NCBI GenBank assembly: GCA_009841015.1
Contig: VXMQ01000109.1
Coordinates: 1,767-65,766 of the forward strand
Source of the DNA: Candidatus Palauibacter denitrificans
GTDB taxonomy: Bacteria > Gemmatimonadota > Gemmatimonadetes > Palauibacterales > Palauibacteraceae
DNA: 64,000 nt
Direction: 5' to 3'
The notes beneath the pieces were generated by a model. That model ran no database searches, was not told the origin of the DNA, and worked only from the letters and a program-made list of their open reading frames with translations. A program made the translations under genes and the position numbers. Positions 1 to 8,984 of the stretch are shown here, one piece after another. Positions within the stretch are counted from its first letter, which is position 1; each line of letters begins with the position of its first letter.

Positions 1-566
1 TCCCCGTGTCGCGCGGCGCGCAGCCTGACATCCCCCGCGGACGACCCGGCCGGGGCCTTCAGGGTCTGGTCGATCCACAGCCCCCCGTGTTGCACCGGCG
101 ACGCACCTCGCGCGGTGACGTGCAACGCACCGTGTCCCTCGATGTGCGCGACCCGCACGCCAGCGACATTGGATCTCGCGTCCATCCGGATCGTGATGCG
201 CCCATCGTCGCTGACGGCCACCCGCGGAGTCGGTTCGGCGACCAGCACGGCGGAGCCGCTGCGCCGGTTTCGACCGTGGGCGGCGTCGTGCCCGAGGCGG
301 TCCAGCCACGCCCCGATCGCGCGCTCGACGCCTCCGTTGATCCGCCCGGCCGTGTGTGCGGTCCGGCGCAACTGCTCGGCGGCCAACCGGGGCGTGCGGA
401 GCGAGCCCGGCGGATCCGCACGTTCGACGAGGTTCGCGATCCCCTCCAGAGTCGCCGTACTCGCCTTCGCCGGCCCGGGCACGCTCGTGAGGTGGGAAAG
501 GGCGGCCCAGACACAGATCGCGAGGGCCCAGAGGGTGAAGGCGGCGGCGACTCTTCGAATGAACAT
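1..566 (-). CDS. Partial hypothetical secreted protein. The 5' part is present; the gene runs off the window start.
   Basis: I translated this manually; it is not in the ORF track because no stop falls inside the window. The ATG at 566 gives MFIRRVAAAFTLWALAICVWAALSHLTSVPGPAKAST..., a signal-peptide-like N-terminus followed by non-repetitive, protein-like composition with no stops through to position 1. The overlapping listed ORFs (6..704 +, 59..514 -, 115..798 +) are Arg/Pro/Gly-rich and look like shadows. Confidence 0.4.
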   Translation of the reverse strand, partial: MFIRRVAAAFTLWALAICVWAALSHLTSVPGPAKASTATLEGIANLVERADPPGSLRTPRLAAEQLRRTAHTAGRINGGVERAIGAWLDRLGHDAAHGRNRRSGSAVLVAEPTPRVAVSDDGRITIRMDARSNVAGVRVAHIEGHGALHVTARGASPVQHGGLWIDQTLKAPAGSSAGDVRLRAARHG

Positions 567-676
567 CACGTCGGCTCCAGGGGGAAGGTCGAGTGTCCGC
601 GACCCTCTAACGTACGCTCAGGCGCGGGGTCAGGTTCCAACCCATACGACCGGGTGTCGATCCGAAAGGTTGTCCG

Positions 677-706
677 CAGCGGGGCTTTTGCCACGGACTG
701 CTAAGG
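677..706. repeat. Copy 1 of the conserved motif TTTTGCCACGGRCTGCTARGG abutting a minus-strand stop codon
   Basis: See copy 2. It lies immediately 3' of the DUF4153 gene stop (CTA at 701-703). Confidence 0.4.
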
Positions 707-2527
707 TGGGGAGTCCCCGGCGGGCGCGAGGAGCAGCGTGCCGGTCACGCGGGTCGGCCGCAGCCTCCCGTCGCTGTCGCGGAGCCGCAGCAGCGTGAGC
801 TGGATGCGAGCCGCCACGTCCGCCCCGGAGATGTCGAGCCGCAGGGAATCCGGCGGCAGCTGCACTCTCCCGGGCGCCGTCGTGGTCCCGGAGCGCCCGG
901 CGCGCGCGATGAGTTCGGCGAACGACACCGTGGCCAGTGCGTCGCCGCCGAGCCGGATCGTCGTTCCGAGGCTGTCCGCGGTGGCCTCGAAGGTGAGGGA
1001 GTCGCCCTCGAACGGGTAGCGCCCCCCGAGGAGGTTCCGCTCAAAGACGGCCCGCTCGAAGCCGGTCACGGCGATGGCGGCATTCCGTCCCCCCGGCGCC
1101 GAGATGTCGATGAATCCGAAGGGATCCGCGAGCAGTCCCTCGGAGGGCACGAGCCCGAAGTGGTCTGCGATGAGCGTCGCCCGCCGTCCGGCCTCCGCGA
1201 CCCTCAACGAGGCCGCCATGCCGTCTCCGATCGTATCCACCGTCGCCACGCCACCTTCGAACCACTCGTCGATGGCGGAGGTCCCGTGCCACGAAATCAG
1301 GTAGAGCAGGACGTCGTTGATCTGCTGCCAGTCCTCCGGTGGGATCTCGACGGCGGCCGGAGAGATGCGGCCATCCGCCAGAACTCCGTGCGTCGAAAGC
1401 AGATCCTCGAGCCGGCCCACCTGGCTCCGTTCGGCCACGGCGTAGGCGGACCAGGGGCCCACGAAGGTCACGGCGCCGATGACGGCCAGCGTCAGCGGAA
1501 TCCCCTTGATCTCGCGCGACCGCGTCACCGTGTAGAAGACGGCGGCGCCGGCAAGCCAGACTCCGAGGAGGAGCAGAAGATACCGGCGCTCGGTGATCCC
1601 GTACTGTTCGATACGCTGCCCGATGGCGAGCAGGAGCATCACGACGGACGGGATGATGAGAATCCAGAAGATGCGGGCGTACGTGTCGATCCACGCGTGG
1701 CCTTCCCGTCCGCGCCGGGGATGCACGAGGAGGAGCGACAGGATGCCGAAGGCGGCGAGGGCGGAAACGAGAAGGCCGATCCACCCGCTGGGCCACGTCG
1801 TCGTGATCACGACGCGCCCGAGGTAGGCGGTGAGGATGATCAGGTACACGGCGACGAGCGGGAGGAGCACGTACTGGGCGAAGACGCGCAGGCCCGCCGG
1901 ATAGTCGTCGCGGCGTTCCAGTTGCTCGAAATCGTCCGGCACGCCCGCGAGCACGAACCATGTCTGGAAGACGAAGCCGAGGAAGAAGAAGAGCCGGCCG
2001 TAGTTCTCATCGGCGATGTCGATGTTGAACAGGTTCTCGATGCCGAACATGGCGATGGAGAGTCCGCCGAAGAGGACGCCGGTGTAGATCGCCCCGAGGC
2101 CGAACCGGAAGAAGAGCGTGCGGTTGAAGTGCCAGAAGCCGTTCGGCTCGCGGACGCCGACGTAGGCGATGAAGGCGACGAGCAGATGCAGCGTCGCGGT
2201 CAGGTGAAAGTGGCGGAGGCCGGCGATGTTCTCGCCCCAGTTCGGCCACTGCCAGTAGTAGAGGGCAAGCACGGCCACGCCGAGTCCGCGCAGCGCCCAG
2301 TGTCGCGGCCATGGGAGCTTCCATCGCTCCGCCAGCAGGGTGAGCCCGGTGAGCAGCGGCAGGCCGAGGGCGGCCGTGGCGACGAGGCGAAGTTCGAGCG
2401 CAGTTTCCGCGTTGATCGCCCGCATCGCCGCAATGGCGGCGACGACGGCGCAGGTCAGGACGACGGGGAACCGCCGCGCCGTCACCCACGCCGCGGCGGC
2501 GAGCCGCTCGACCGAGGGGAGCTTCAC
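701..2527 (-). CDS. DUF4153-family polytopic membrane protein
   Basis: 608 aa with many hydrophobic helices (e.g. FHLTATLHLLVAFIAYVGV, LLPLVAVYLIILTAYLG) and a soluble C-terminal region. GTG start at 2527 overlaps the upstream aminotransferase stop by 4 nt (GTGA). Confidence 0.7.
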   Translation of the reverse strand: MKLPSVERLAAAAWVTARRFPVVLTCAVVAAIAAMRAINAETALELRLVATAALGLPLLTGLTLLAERWKLPWPRHWALRGLGVAVLALYYWQWPNWGENIAGLRHFHLTATLHLLVAFIAYVGVREPNGFWHFNRTLFFRFGLGAIYTGVLFGGLSIAMFGIENLFNIDIADENYGRLFFFLGFVFQTWFVLAGVPDDFEQLERRDDYPAGLRVFAQYVLLPLVAVYLIILTAYLGRVVITTTWPSGWIGLLVSALAAFGILSLLLVHPRRGREGHAWIDTYARIFWILIIPSVVMLLLAIGQRIEQYGITERRYLLLLLGVWLAGAAVFYTVTRSREIKGIPLTLAVIGAVTFVGPWSAYAVAERSQVGRLEDLLSTHGVLADGRISPAAVEIPPEDWQQINDVLLYLISWHGTSAIDEWFEGGVATVDTIGDGMAASLRVAEAGRRATLIADHFGLVPSEGLLADPFGFIDISAPGGRNAAIAVTGFERAVFERNLLGGRYPFEGDSLTFEATADSLGTTIRLGGDALATVSFAELIARAGRSGTTTAPGRVQLPPDSLRLDISGADVAARIQLTLLRLRDSDGRLRPTRVTGTLLLAPAGDSPP

Positions 2528-3690
2528 ACCCGGGCTCTCACCGTCACGAGCCGCTCGGCGGCCTGTTCGAGCAGGGACTCCGTCTTGCAGAACGCGAACC
2601 GCACGAGCCTGCGCCCATCCTCCGGCTTGTGGAAGAAGCTGGATCCGGGGACGGGAGCCACGCCGACCGTGCGCGTGAGCCAGAAGGCGAATTCGTCGTC
2701 AGGAAGATCGGAAAGGTCCGAGAAGTCCGCGAGGACGTAGTACGCGCCTTCCGGCTTGCGGCAGTGGAACCCGGCCTCGACGAGCGCGGGATAGAAGAGG
2801 TCCCGTTTCGCGCCGTACACGTCCGCGAGCCCCTCATAATAGGACGGGGGCAGCATCTCGAGGCCGGTGGCCACCCCTTCCTGGAGCGGCGCGGCGGCTC
2901 CCACGGTGAGGAAGTCGTGGACCTTGCGGATGGCGTCCGACAACTCCGGATGCGCCACAATCGTCCCCATCCGCCAGCCCGTGACCGCGAACGTCTTCGA
3001 GGCGGCGCTGATCGTGATCGTCCGATCCCGCATGCCGGGAAGCGTCGCCATCGGAATGTGCCGCGCCCCATCGTAGAGGATGTGCTCGTAGACCTCGTCG
3101 GTGATCGCGTAGGCGTCGAACTCCTGGCACAGGATCGCGATCTTCTCGAGTTCGTCGCGGGTGAACACGCGGCCCGTGGGGTTGTTCGGCGTGTTCACGA
3201 TGATCGCGCGCGTCCGGTGGCTGAACGCCGCCCGCAGGCGGTCGAAGTCGATGCGCCACTCCGCGGTCAGCGGCACGAAGACGGGCGTCGCGTCGCAGAG
3301 CGTGGTGTCCGGCCCGTAGTTCTCGTAGAAGGGCTCGAAGACGATGACCTCCTCGCCCGGGTCCACGACCGCCAGGAGCACCGCCATCATCGCCTCGGTC
3401 GCCCCGCATGTGATCGTGAGGTGCGCCTCCGGATCGACGTCGAGGTCGTACCAGTCGCGATAGCGCGCGGCGAGCGCGTCGCGGTACCGCTTCGCGCCCC
3501 AGGTGATCGCGTACTGGTTCACGTTGTCGTAGATCGCGCGCGCGGCGCCGATCTTCAACGTGTCGGGCGACTCGAAGTCGGGAAAACCCTGCGAGAGGTT
3601 GATGGCCCCGTGCTCGTTCGAGAGCCGGGTCATCATCCGGATCACGGATTCCGTGAAGCCGTGCGTACGGCGAGCGGTGTGGATTTTCAT
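2524..3690 (-). CDS. Pyridoxal-phosphate-dependent aminotransferase, class I/II (methionine/kynurenine aminotransferase-like)
   Basis: 388 aa. NLSQGFPDF near the N-terminus, NPTG motif (IIVNTPNNPTGRVF), and the PLP-lysine context SAASKTFAVTGWRMG. ATG at 3690 overlaps the upstream antiporter stop (ATGA). Confidence 0.85.
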   Translation of the reverse strand: MKIHTARRTHGFTESVIRMMTRLSNEHGAINLSQGFPDFESPDTLKIGAARAIYDNVNQYAITWGAKRYRDALAARYRDWYDLDVDPEAHLTITCGATEAMMAVLLAVVDPGEEVIVFEPFYENYGPDTTLCDATPVFVPLTAEWRIDFDRLRAAFSHRTRAIIVNTPNNPTGRVFTRDELEKIAILCQEFDAYAITDEVYEHILYDGARHIPMATLPGMRDRTITISAASKTFAVTGWRMGTIVAHPELSDAIRKVHDFLTVGAAAPLQEGVATGLEMLPPSYYEGLADVYGAKRDLFYPALVEAGFHCRKPEGAYYVLADFSDLSDLPDDEFAFWLTRTVGVAPVPGSSFFHKPEDGRRLVRFAFCKTESLLEQAAERLVTVRARV

Positions 3691-5642
3691 CGCTCCGAAT
3701 CTGGCCTTTCGCCCGGAAGCGTGCCACCGGTGTCGGAGGCGTCCCCTTCGGCCGTGTCCCCGCCGCCCTCCGCGCGCTCGACGTGCGGGCGGAGGAACCC
3801 GGCCCGGGCGAGCCGTGGCTCCACGAGTTCCGCCTGCTCGCGCAGCCAGCCAAACCAGACGATGTCACCGGGCCTCAGCGTCGTGCCGCTCGACACCGGT
3901 TGTTCCCGTCTGCCGCGGCGATGAACGAGGGCGAGGGTGGGGAACCGGCGGTCGGCCAGAGCCTCGATCTGGGAGATGCGCAGCCCCGCGAGGCCCTCGA
4001 AGGTGAGCGGTTCGATGTCCACGCGGTCTCGCCGGAACTCGTGCGCCCAGCGCTCGTGGTCGATCCCGAGCCCGAAGAGTACGGAGGCGCCGCTCTCGTC
4101 GACCTGCTCGGGTCCGACTCCGGGCGTAAGGGGATCGATGGCCACGAGGCGGTTCACGCCGGGGCAACTCTCTTCGACCCGTTTGGCGATGAGCAGGTTC
4201 ACGCCTTCGTTCGGCGTGAGGGCGACGAGGGCACGGCGCGATTCCACCCCCGCCTTCAGGAGCGCACGCGGCTCGTTGGCGTTTCCGAGCACGACGCGGA
4301 AGCCGTCGCTCTCCGCCGCCCCCGCCTCCGTCGGATTCGTGTCGATGAGAACGATGGGTGCGTCCGCGCCGCGGGCGGCGCGCAGGGTTCGGGCGAGGGC
4401 GCGTCCGATGGGATTCGCCCCGACGATGGCGAAGCCGTGGTTGGACAGTTTCCGCACCCCCAGCAGCCGCGCCACCAGCCCGCCCGTCCCGCCGAGGACG
4501 ACGACGGTGACGGCGATGACAAGGAAGACCATCGCTCGCAACTGATTGCCTTCCGCCTCCATCCCGCTGTGCGCGAGTTCCGCCGCGAACAGCGAGGAGA
4601 CGGCGAAGGCGACGATCCCGCGCGGAGCCAGCCAGGCCAGGAACGCCTGCTCGTTGCGGCTCAGGCCGGCGCCCCGGGTACAGAGGAGAACGCAGAGGGG
4701 GCGGACGACGGCGACGAGGACGATCACGGTCACGATCCCGCCCGCTCCCAGCGCCCGTACGTCGCCGAGATCCACCGCCGCCGACAGGAGGACGAAGAGG
4801 AGTCCGACGAGCAGAAACGTGAGCTGCTCCTTGAACTCGACGAGTTCGCGCGCATGCCGGGGTCCCATGTTGCCGACGACGAGGCCGGCGATGGCGACGG
4901 TCATGATCCCGCTCTCGGGCAGGATGGCGTGTGAACCCTGGTAGAGCGCGAGGACGCATGCGAGCGTGAAGATGTTCCTGAGATCCGAGGGGATCGCGCG
5001 CCGCATCCTCAGCAGTCCGCCGATGATGACCCCTCCCGCCACGCCGATGACGGAGCCGAGGCCCAGGCGCGTGACGAGGCCGAGGAAGCCAGCCCCCACG
5101 TCCCCGGCCGTTGACGCGAGCGCCAACTCGAACGCGACGACCGCGAGGATCGCGCCGACGGGATCGATGAGGACGCCTTCCGCCTCGAGGATCGTCCGCA
5201 GGTTGCTTCGCAGCCGGATCCGCCGCGTGAGCGGGTTGATCACCGTCGGACCCGTGACCGAGACGAGCGCCCCGAACAGCAGCGCAATGCGGAGGCTCCA
5301 GCCCAGCGCGAGCATCGCGGTGACGGCGGCCCCCGCGATGGTGACCAGCGCGCCGAGCGTGATCAGTCGGCGGATCGTCAGCGCCTCGCGGCGGAGACGG
5401 TCGAGGTTGAGTTGCAGCGCGCCCTCGAAGAGGATCACCGCGACCGCCAGCCCGACGATGGGATTGAGACCTTCGCCCAGCGTGTCGGGCCGCACGACGT
5501 TCGCGAACTCGGGCCCGAGGAGGATGCCGGTCGCGAGCAGGAAGAGGATGCCGGGTACGCGTGCATGTCGCGCCACCGACTGCGCAACGACGCCCGCGGT
5601 GATGGCGAGGGCGAAGGTGAGCGCCGGATCGTGGAGGTTCAC
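3687..5642 (-). CDS. Cation:proton antiporter (CPA family) with cytoplasmic RCK/TrkA-N and TrkA-C regulatory domains
   Basis: 651 aa. N-terminal Na+/H+ exchanger membrane domain (MNLHDPALTFALAITAGVVAQ..., about 12 TM helices) followed by a Rossmann-like TrkA-N segment (GFAIVGANPIGRALARTLRAARGADAPIVLIDTNP) and a TrkA-C-like C-terminus. GTG start overlaps the upstream gene stop (GTGA). Confidence 0.85.
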   Translation of the reverse strand: MNLHDPALTFALAITAGVVAQSVARHARVPGILFLLATGILLGPEFANVVRPDTLGEGLNPIVGLAVAVILFEGALQLNLDRLRREALTIRRLITLGALVTIAGAAVTAMLALGWSLRIALLFGALVSVTGPTVINPLTRRIRLRSNLRTILEAEGVLIDPVGAILAVVAFELALASTAGDVGAGFLGLVTRLGLGSVIGVAGGVIIGGLLRMRRAIPSDLRNIFTLACVLALYQGSHAILPESGIMTVAIAGLVVGNMGPRHARELVEFKEQLTFLLVGLLFVLLSAAVDLGDVRALGAGGIVTVIVLVAVVRPLCVLLCTRGAGLSRNEQAFLAWLAPRGIVAFAVSSLFAAELAHSGMEAEGNQLRAMVFLVIAVTVVVLGGTGGLVARLLGVRKLSNHGFAIVGANPIGRALARTLRAARGADAPIVLIDTNPTEAGAAESDGFRVVLGNANEPRALLKAGVESRRALVALTPNEGVNLLIAKRVEESCPGVNRLVAIDPLTPGVGPEQVDESGASVLFGLGIDHERWAHEFRRDRVDIEPLTFEGLAGLRISQIEALADRRFPTLALVHRRGRREQPVSSGTTLRPGDIVWFGWLREQAELVEPRLARAGFLRPHVERAEGGGDTAEGDASDTGGTLPGERPDSER

Positions 5643-6550
5643 GAGGCGGCGGCTCGCTCCATCGCGAGGAGGAAGTTCGTGAAGCCCTCGTCGTAGTCGG
5701 AGAGGCCGTTCTGCCCCGTGAGCTTCATGCGGGCGTTGTAGGCATTCTTCATCATCGGACCCACGACGCCGCTGACCGGACCCTCCGCGGGGTGGCGCAC
5801 GGCGAACGCGTCCTTCAACTCCTCCCGGAGTCCGAGTTCGGCGAGGAGGCCGTTGTATGCGGCGGCGTCCCGCTCCGCCAGCACCCAGAGGTGGCGGTCC
5901 AGGCGCTCGCTGTGTGCCGACTGCTCGAGCACGGACTCACCCGAACGCACCAGGGAGAGATAGCCGAGCACCTGCGCCTCGACTTCCTTGAGGTATCCCT
6001 TGCGGTGGCAGAATTCGTGCGCGATCACGTGCGGTTCGAAGATGCCCGTGCTCCGGAAGATCGCGACGTCTCCCGTCAGCGGGTCGGCCGCCCCGAGCGC
6101 GAAGGGGAAGACGATCTGCGCCAGCATGAACTCCCGGACCTGCGAACTCGTCTCCAGGCGCTGGCCGGTGAGTTCCGCCAGGTAATCGGTAAGGCACAGG
6201 TCGACCTGTTTCGCCAGTTCCTTCCGCGGCGTATCCATCGGCACGTAGCTTGCATTCAGCCGCTCCACGAGGTCCTCGACATCGCGTCGCCGCTCTTCCT
6301 CCGACGCCGGAGGTGGGGAGAGCGGGTCGAAACCGAACGCAGCCTCGAAGTCCACGCGGCGGGCGTCCGCCCGAACCGCCCAGTCGATGAGCGCGCTGCC
6401 CGCGTAGACGCCGAGTGCCGCGGCTTGCACCGCCCGGCCGGCCGGGCTCAGACCGAAGAGCACCCGGGCCGCGACGGGGGCGGCGAGCAGGAGATCGGAG
6501 GGCGCGACCGGGAGGTACGTCGCCAGGTTGGGGATGCGGAGTCTTTCCAT
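5639..6550 (-). CDS. Putative zinc-dependent hydrolase with HExxH motif (DUF3810-like)
   Basis: About 303 aa, starting from the internal ATG (MERLRIPNLATYLPV...). The motif VIAHEFCHRKGYLKEVEAQVLGY contains HExxH. The N-terminal 220 codons of the listed ORF 5639..7210 are low-complexity (PPPPPRQRSRSPP) and overlap the opposite-strand OMP gene, so I trimmed them. Confidence 0.55.
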   Translation of the reverse strand: MERLRIPNLATYLPVAPSDLLLAAPVAARVLFGLSPAGRAVQAAALGVYAGSALIDWAVRADARRVDFEAAFGFDPLSPPPASEEERRRDVEDLVERLNASYVPMDTPRKELAKQVDLCLTDYLAELTGQRLETSSQVREFMLAQIVFPFALGAADPLTGDVAIFRSTGIFEPHVIAHEFCHRKGYLKEVEAQVLGYLSLVRSGESVLEQSAHSERLDRHLWVLAERDAAAYNGLLAELGLREELKDAFAVRHPAEGPVSGVVGPMMKNAYNARMKLTGQNGLSDYDEGFTNFLLAMERAAAS

Positions 6551-6718
6551 GGGTCCTCGTACGCGGGTCGGTGGACGAAAGTTCGGGATCGACGGGCCGG
6601 GTGCAACCGTCCGGCCCTTCGCGGCGTCCCACTCCTGTCGAAGGCGGGGAGGAGACCGGGACCGCTGGCGGGGAGGAGGCGGAGGCCGATGGCGGGAACG
6701 AGAGACGGAGGGGGGTAC

Positions 6719-7243
6719 ATGCGTCGAAGCGGACCGGGATCGCTTGTCGTCCTGTGCGGAGGCGTCCTGTTGGGAGTCGTCCCGTGCGGGGCGCCGCTCG
6801 CCGCGCAGGAGGTCAAGGCCGGGGGTCAGGTCACCTTCGGCGACGACGCCGACTTCGGCATCGGCCCCCGCGTGCAGATGTCGCTCCCCTGGATCGCTCC
6901 CGGGATCCGGGTTGCCGGTTCCTTCGACTACTTCTTCCCCGACTCGGGTCTCGGCGACCCCGGCGGCGACTACGATTACCACGAACTCAACTTCAACGTC
7001 CTCGGGGATCTCTCGTTCCCCGACGTGACGAACCTCGTCCCCTATGTCGGCGGCGGGCTGAACGTGGTCTGGCAATCGGTCCCATCGGACGGGGCGGCGG
7101 ATCCTGACGAGCGGCTCTTCGGGATGAACCTCGTTGTGGGTTTCCGGTTTCCGATCGAGGGGTTCACGCCCTTCGTCGAGGCGAGGTACGAACTCGAGGG
7201 AGGACAGCAACTCCTCGTGGCCGGCGGCATTCTCCTACCCTAG
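6719..7243 (+). CDS. Small outer-membrane beta-barrel protein (OmpW/OmpA-TM-like)
   Basis: 174 aa. Signal peptide MRRSGPGSLVVLCGGVLLGVVPCGAPLAAQE, then alternating hydrophobic beta-strand patterns (RVAGSFDYFF, NLVVGFRFPIEGFTPFVEARYEL). It is the real C-terminal segment of the long shadow ORF 5792..7243. Confidence 0.5.
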   Translation: MRRSGPGSLVVLCGGVLLGVVPCGAPLAAQEVKAGGQVTFGDDADFGIGPRVQMSLPWIAPGIRVAGSFDYFFPDSGLGDPGGDYDYHELNFNVLGDLSFPDVTNLVPYVGGGLNVVWQSVPSDGAADPDERLFGMNLVVGFRFPIEGFTPFVEARYELEGGQQLLVAGGILLP

Positions 7244-7248
7244 CGGCG

Positions 7249-7267
7249 CCCTTCCACCCTGGAAGGG
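7249..7267. terminator. GC-rich hairpin between convergent genes (putative bidirectional intrinsic terminator; no U-tract)
   Basis: cccttcca-ccc-tggaaggg forms a perfect 8-bp inverted repeat. It lies between the stop of the 6719..7243 (+) gene and the stop of the 7271..8956 (-) gene. Confidence 0.3.
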
Positions 7268-7270
7268 CTG

Positions 7271-8956
7271 CTAGAATCGTAAGCCGCCACCGGCGCTGAA
7301 GGCCCACCTCGATCTTTCGCTGTCGTCGATCCCGCCGCCGAAGCGGTAACCGATATTGAGGTTCGTCACCTGCGCGAAGGAAGAGAGCGGGGACCCTCCG
7401 AACACGGTTATTCCGACGTTCCCGCCCAACCTCCGCTCCTGGTCCGGATACCAGGCGCCTCCATAGTCGACGAACGCGCCCACGCCGAGCCCGAACAGGT
7501 TGTAGAAGTTGTCCACCAGGTAGGAGCGATGTTCGAGCGTGGCCCGCATCGTGCGAGTCCCGACGAAGGCGTGCGGCCCCCAGAGTCGCGGCAATACCTG
7601 GAAGCCGATGTCGTGCTCGGAGCCGGGGCGGGGCCTTTCCTGAATCCCCGCGGACGCTTGCAGGAACGTCGTATTCCGCTCCGTCTCCCGAACCGCCGCC
7701 GTTCCCGTGCCGAAGACGTAGCCGGAGTCGAGGCCCGCCGAGTTGAAGAGACCCCCGCCGTCGAGTGCACCCTTGAGAATCGCCGGGCCCGCCCGCCTTC
7801 CGGACGACAGGAGGAGGCGCGTTCCGATGCCGGTCGACCTGTATCCAAGGCGTTCGTGCGCGAGCTTGACGGAGACCCACACACGGTCGCTGAGATCCTG
7901 GTCTTCCTCGGAGAATCCGTTGAAGCGCTCCACGCGCTCGAAGCGGGCGCGCCGCCACTCCGCATACACGCCGATGAGGCCGTACACCGAGTCCGGCACC
8001 GTGGCGTCGAGGCTGTCCACGTCAATGCCGGGATGTTCGATACGCAGGTGCTCTTCGTGCCGGATTTCGAGCGTCGCTCCGATGCGAAAGAACCCCTGTG
8101 GACTTGCGACCGGTGCCACCGCTCCGGTCAGGCGGTGGATCTGCGCTCGCCGCCGCCATTCGATCGTCTGGAGGTCGTCGGGGTTGTGCCGCACATACTG
8201 CGGGATCCGCCCACGGAAGTCCCGCCCCTCGTAGTAAAACGCCGAGCGGTCCGAAAGAGCGCGGAAAGGACTCGACAGGTACCACGCGATGACATCGCGG
8301 TCCGACAGGTTGAGCCACGTCGCGTTGGCCGCGAGCTGGGTGGAGGCCAGTCGATTCGACGTCAGCCGGAGGTCCATGCCGTCGCGGTCGGTTTCGCGGA
8401 CGTACCACACCCTCATGGCGTTTCCGCTGCCTGCAAGGTTGATCTCGGTGACCCCGAAGGTGCCGGTCAGCGTGCCGTCCGCTGCGAGCCGCCCCGTGAT
8501 GCGCGGCTGCAGACTCCACGCGTCGCGCGTTCTCACGCTCAGCGCGAGTTTCCCGTCGACGCGGGCGGTGTCCACGCGGACCCGGCGGAAGAGGCCGAGG
8601 CGGCGGAGGTTCCGTTCGCTCTCGGCGGCCAGGAGCGAGTCGTAGGGCGTCCCCGGCCCCAGGAGCAGTTCACGGCGGATGACCCAGGGCTGTGTCGTGC
8701 CGTGCAATCCGTTGCCGAGCCGGTAGATGATGTTTCCGGCGGCAGCCTCCTCCGGGAAGACGTCCTGCCGGCTGATGACGACGGTGTCGATGATCGCGGT
8801 CGCGCTGCTGCCCGTCCCCCCGGCGGGAGGGGATGCCTGCGCGTGCGCCGCGGGCGCGGCGACAAGGCCCAGAAGAAGCAGGGTGTGGGCGACGTTCTTG
8901 CCCCGGACCGGGGCGCGGCGGGTCCCCCGGAGCGGGGGCGCCGCGGACGGAATCAT
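7271..8956 (-). CDS. Omp85/BamA-family outer-membrane beta-barrel protein (surface antigen D15 / TamA-like)
   Basis: 562 aa from the internal ATG (MIPSAAPPLRGTRRAPVRGKNVAHTLLLLGLVAAPAAHAQA, a signal peptide). It has POTRA-like N-terminal segments, a long C-terminal beta-barrel rich in G/Y/F/N, and ends ...GGGLRF, the typical Omp85 C-terminal aromatic. The upstream 95 codons of ORF 7271..9241 are Ser/Pro/Arg-rich and overlap folK, so I trimmed them. Confidence 0.75.
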   Translation of the reverse strand: MIPSAAPPLRGTRRAPVRGKNVAHTLLLLGLVAAPAAHAQASPPAGGTGSSATAIIDTVVISRQDVFPEEAAAGNIIYRLGNGLHGTTQPWVIRRELLLGPGTPYDSLLAAESERNLRRLGLFRRVRVDTARVDGKLALSVRTRDAWSLQPRITGRLAADGTLTGTFGVTEINLAGSGNAMRVWYVRETDRDGMDLRLTSNRLASTQLAANATWLNLSDRDVIAWYLSSPFRALSDRSAFYYEGRDFRGRIPQYVRHNPDDLQTIEWRRRAQIHRLTGAVAPVASPQGFFRIGATLEIRHEEHLRIEHPGIDVDSLDATVPDSVYGLIGVYAEWRRARFERVERFNGFSEEDQDLSDRVWVSVKLAHERLGYRSTGIGTRLLLSSGRRAGPAILKGALDGGGLFNSAGLDSGYVFGTGTAAVRETERNTTFLQASAGIQERPRPGSEHDIGFQVLPRLWGPHAFVGTRTMRATLEHRSYLVDNFYNLFGLGVGAFVDYGGAWYPDQERRLGGNVGITVFGGSPLSSFAQVTNLNIGYRFGGGIDDSERSRWAFSAGGGLRF

Positions 8957-8984
8957 GGGGCGGGAAGGTACGGTTGCACCGCGT

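Noticed and set aside
1160-2740. Long plus-strand ORF (526 aa) antisense to the DUF4153 and aminotransferase genes
   Set aside because: It has an Arg/Gly/Asp/Glu-rich low-complexity translation and no recognisable motifs, typical of a high-GC shadow frame opposite genuine genes.
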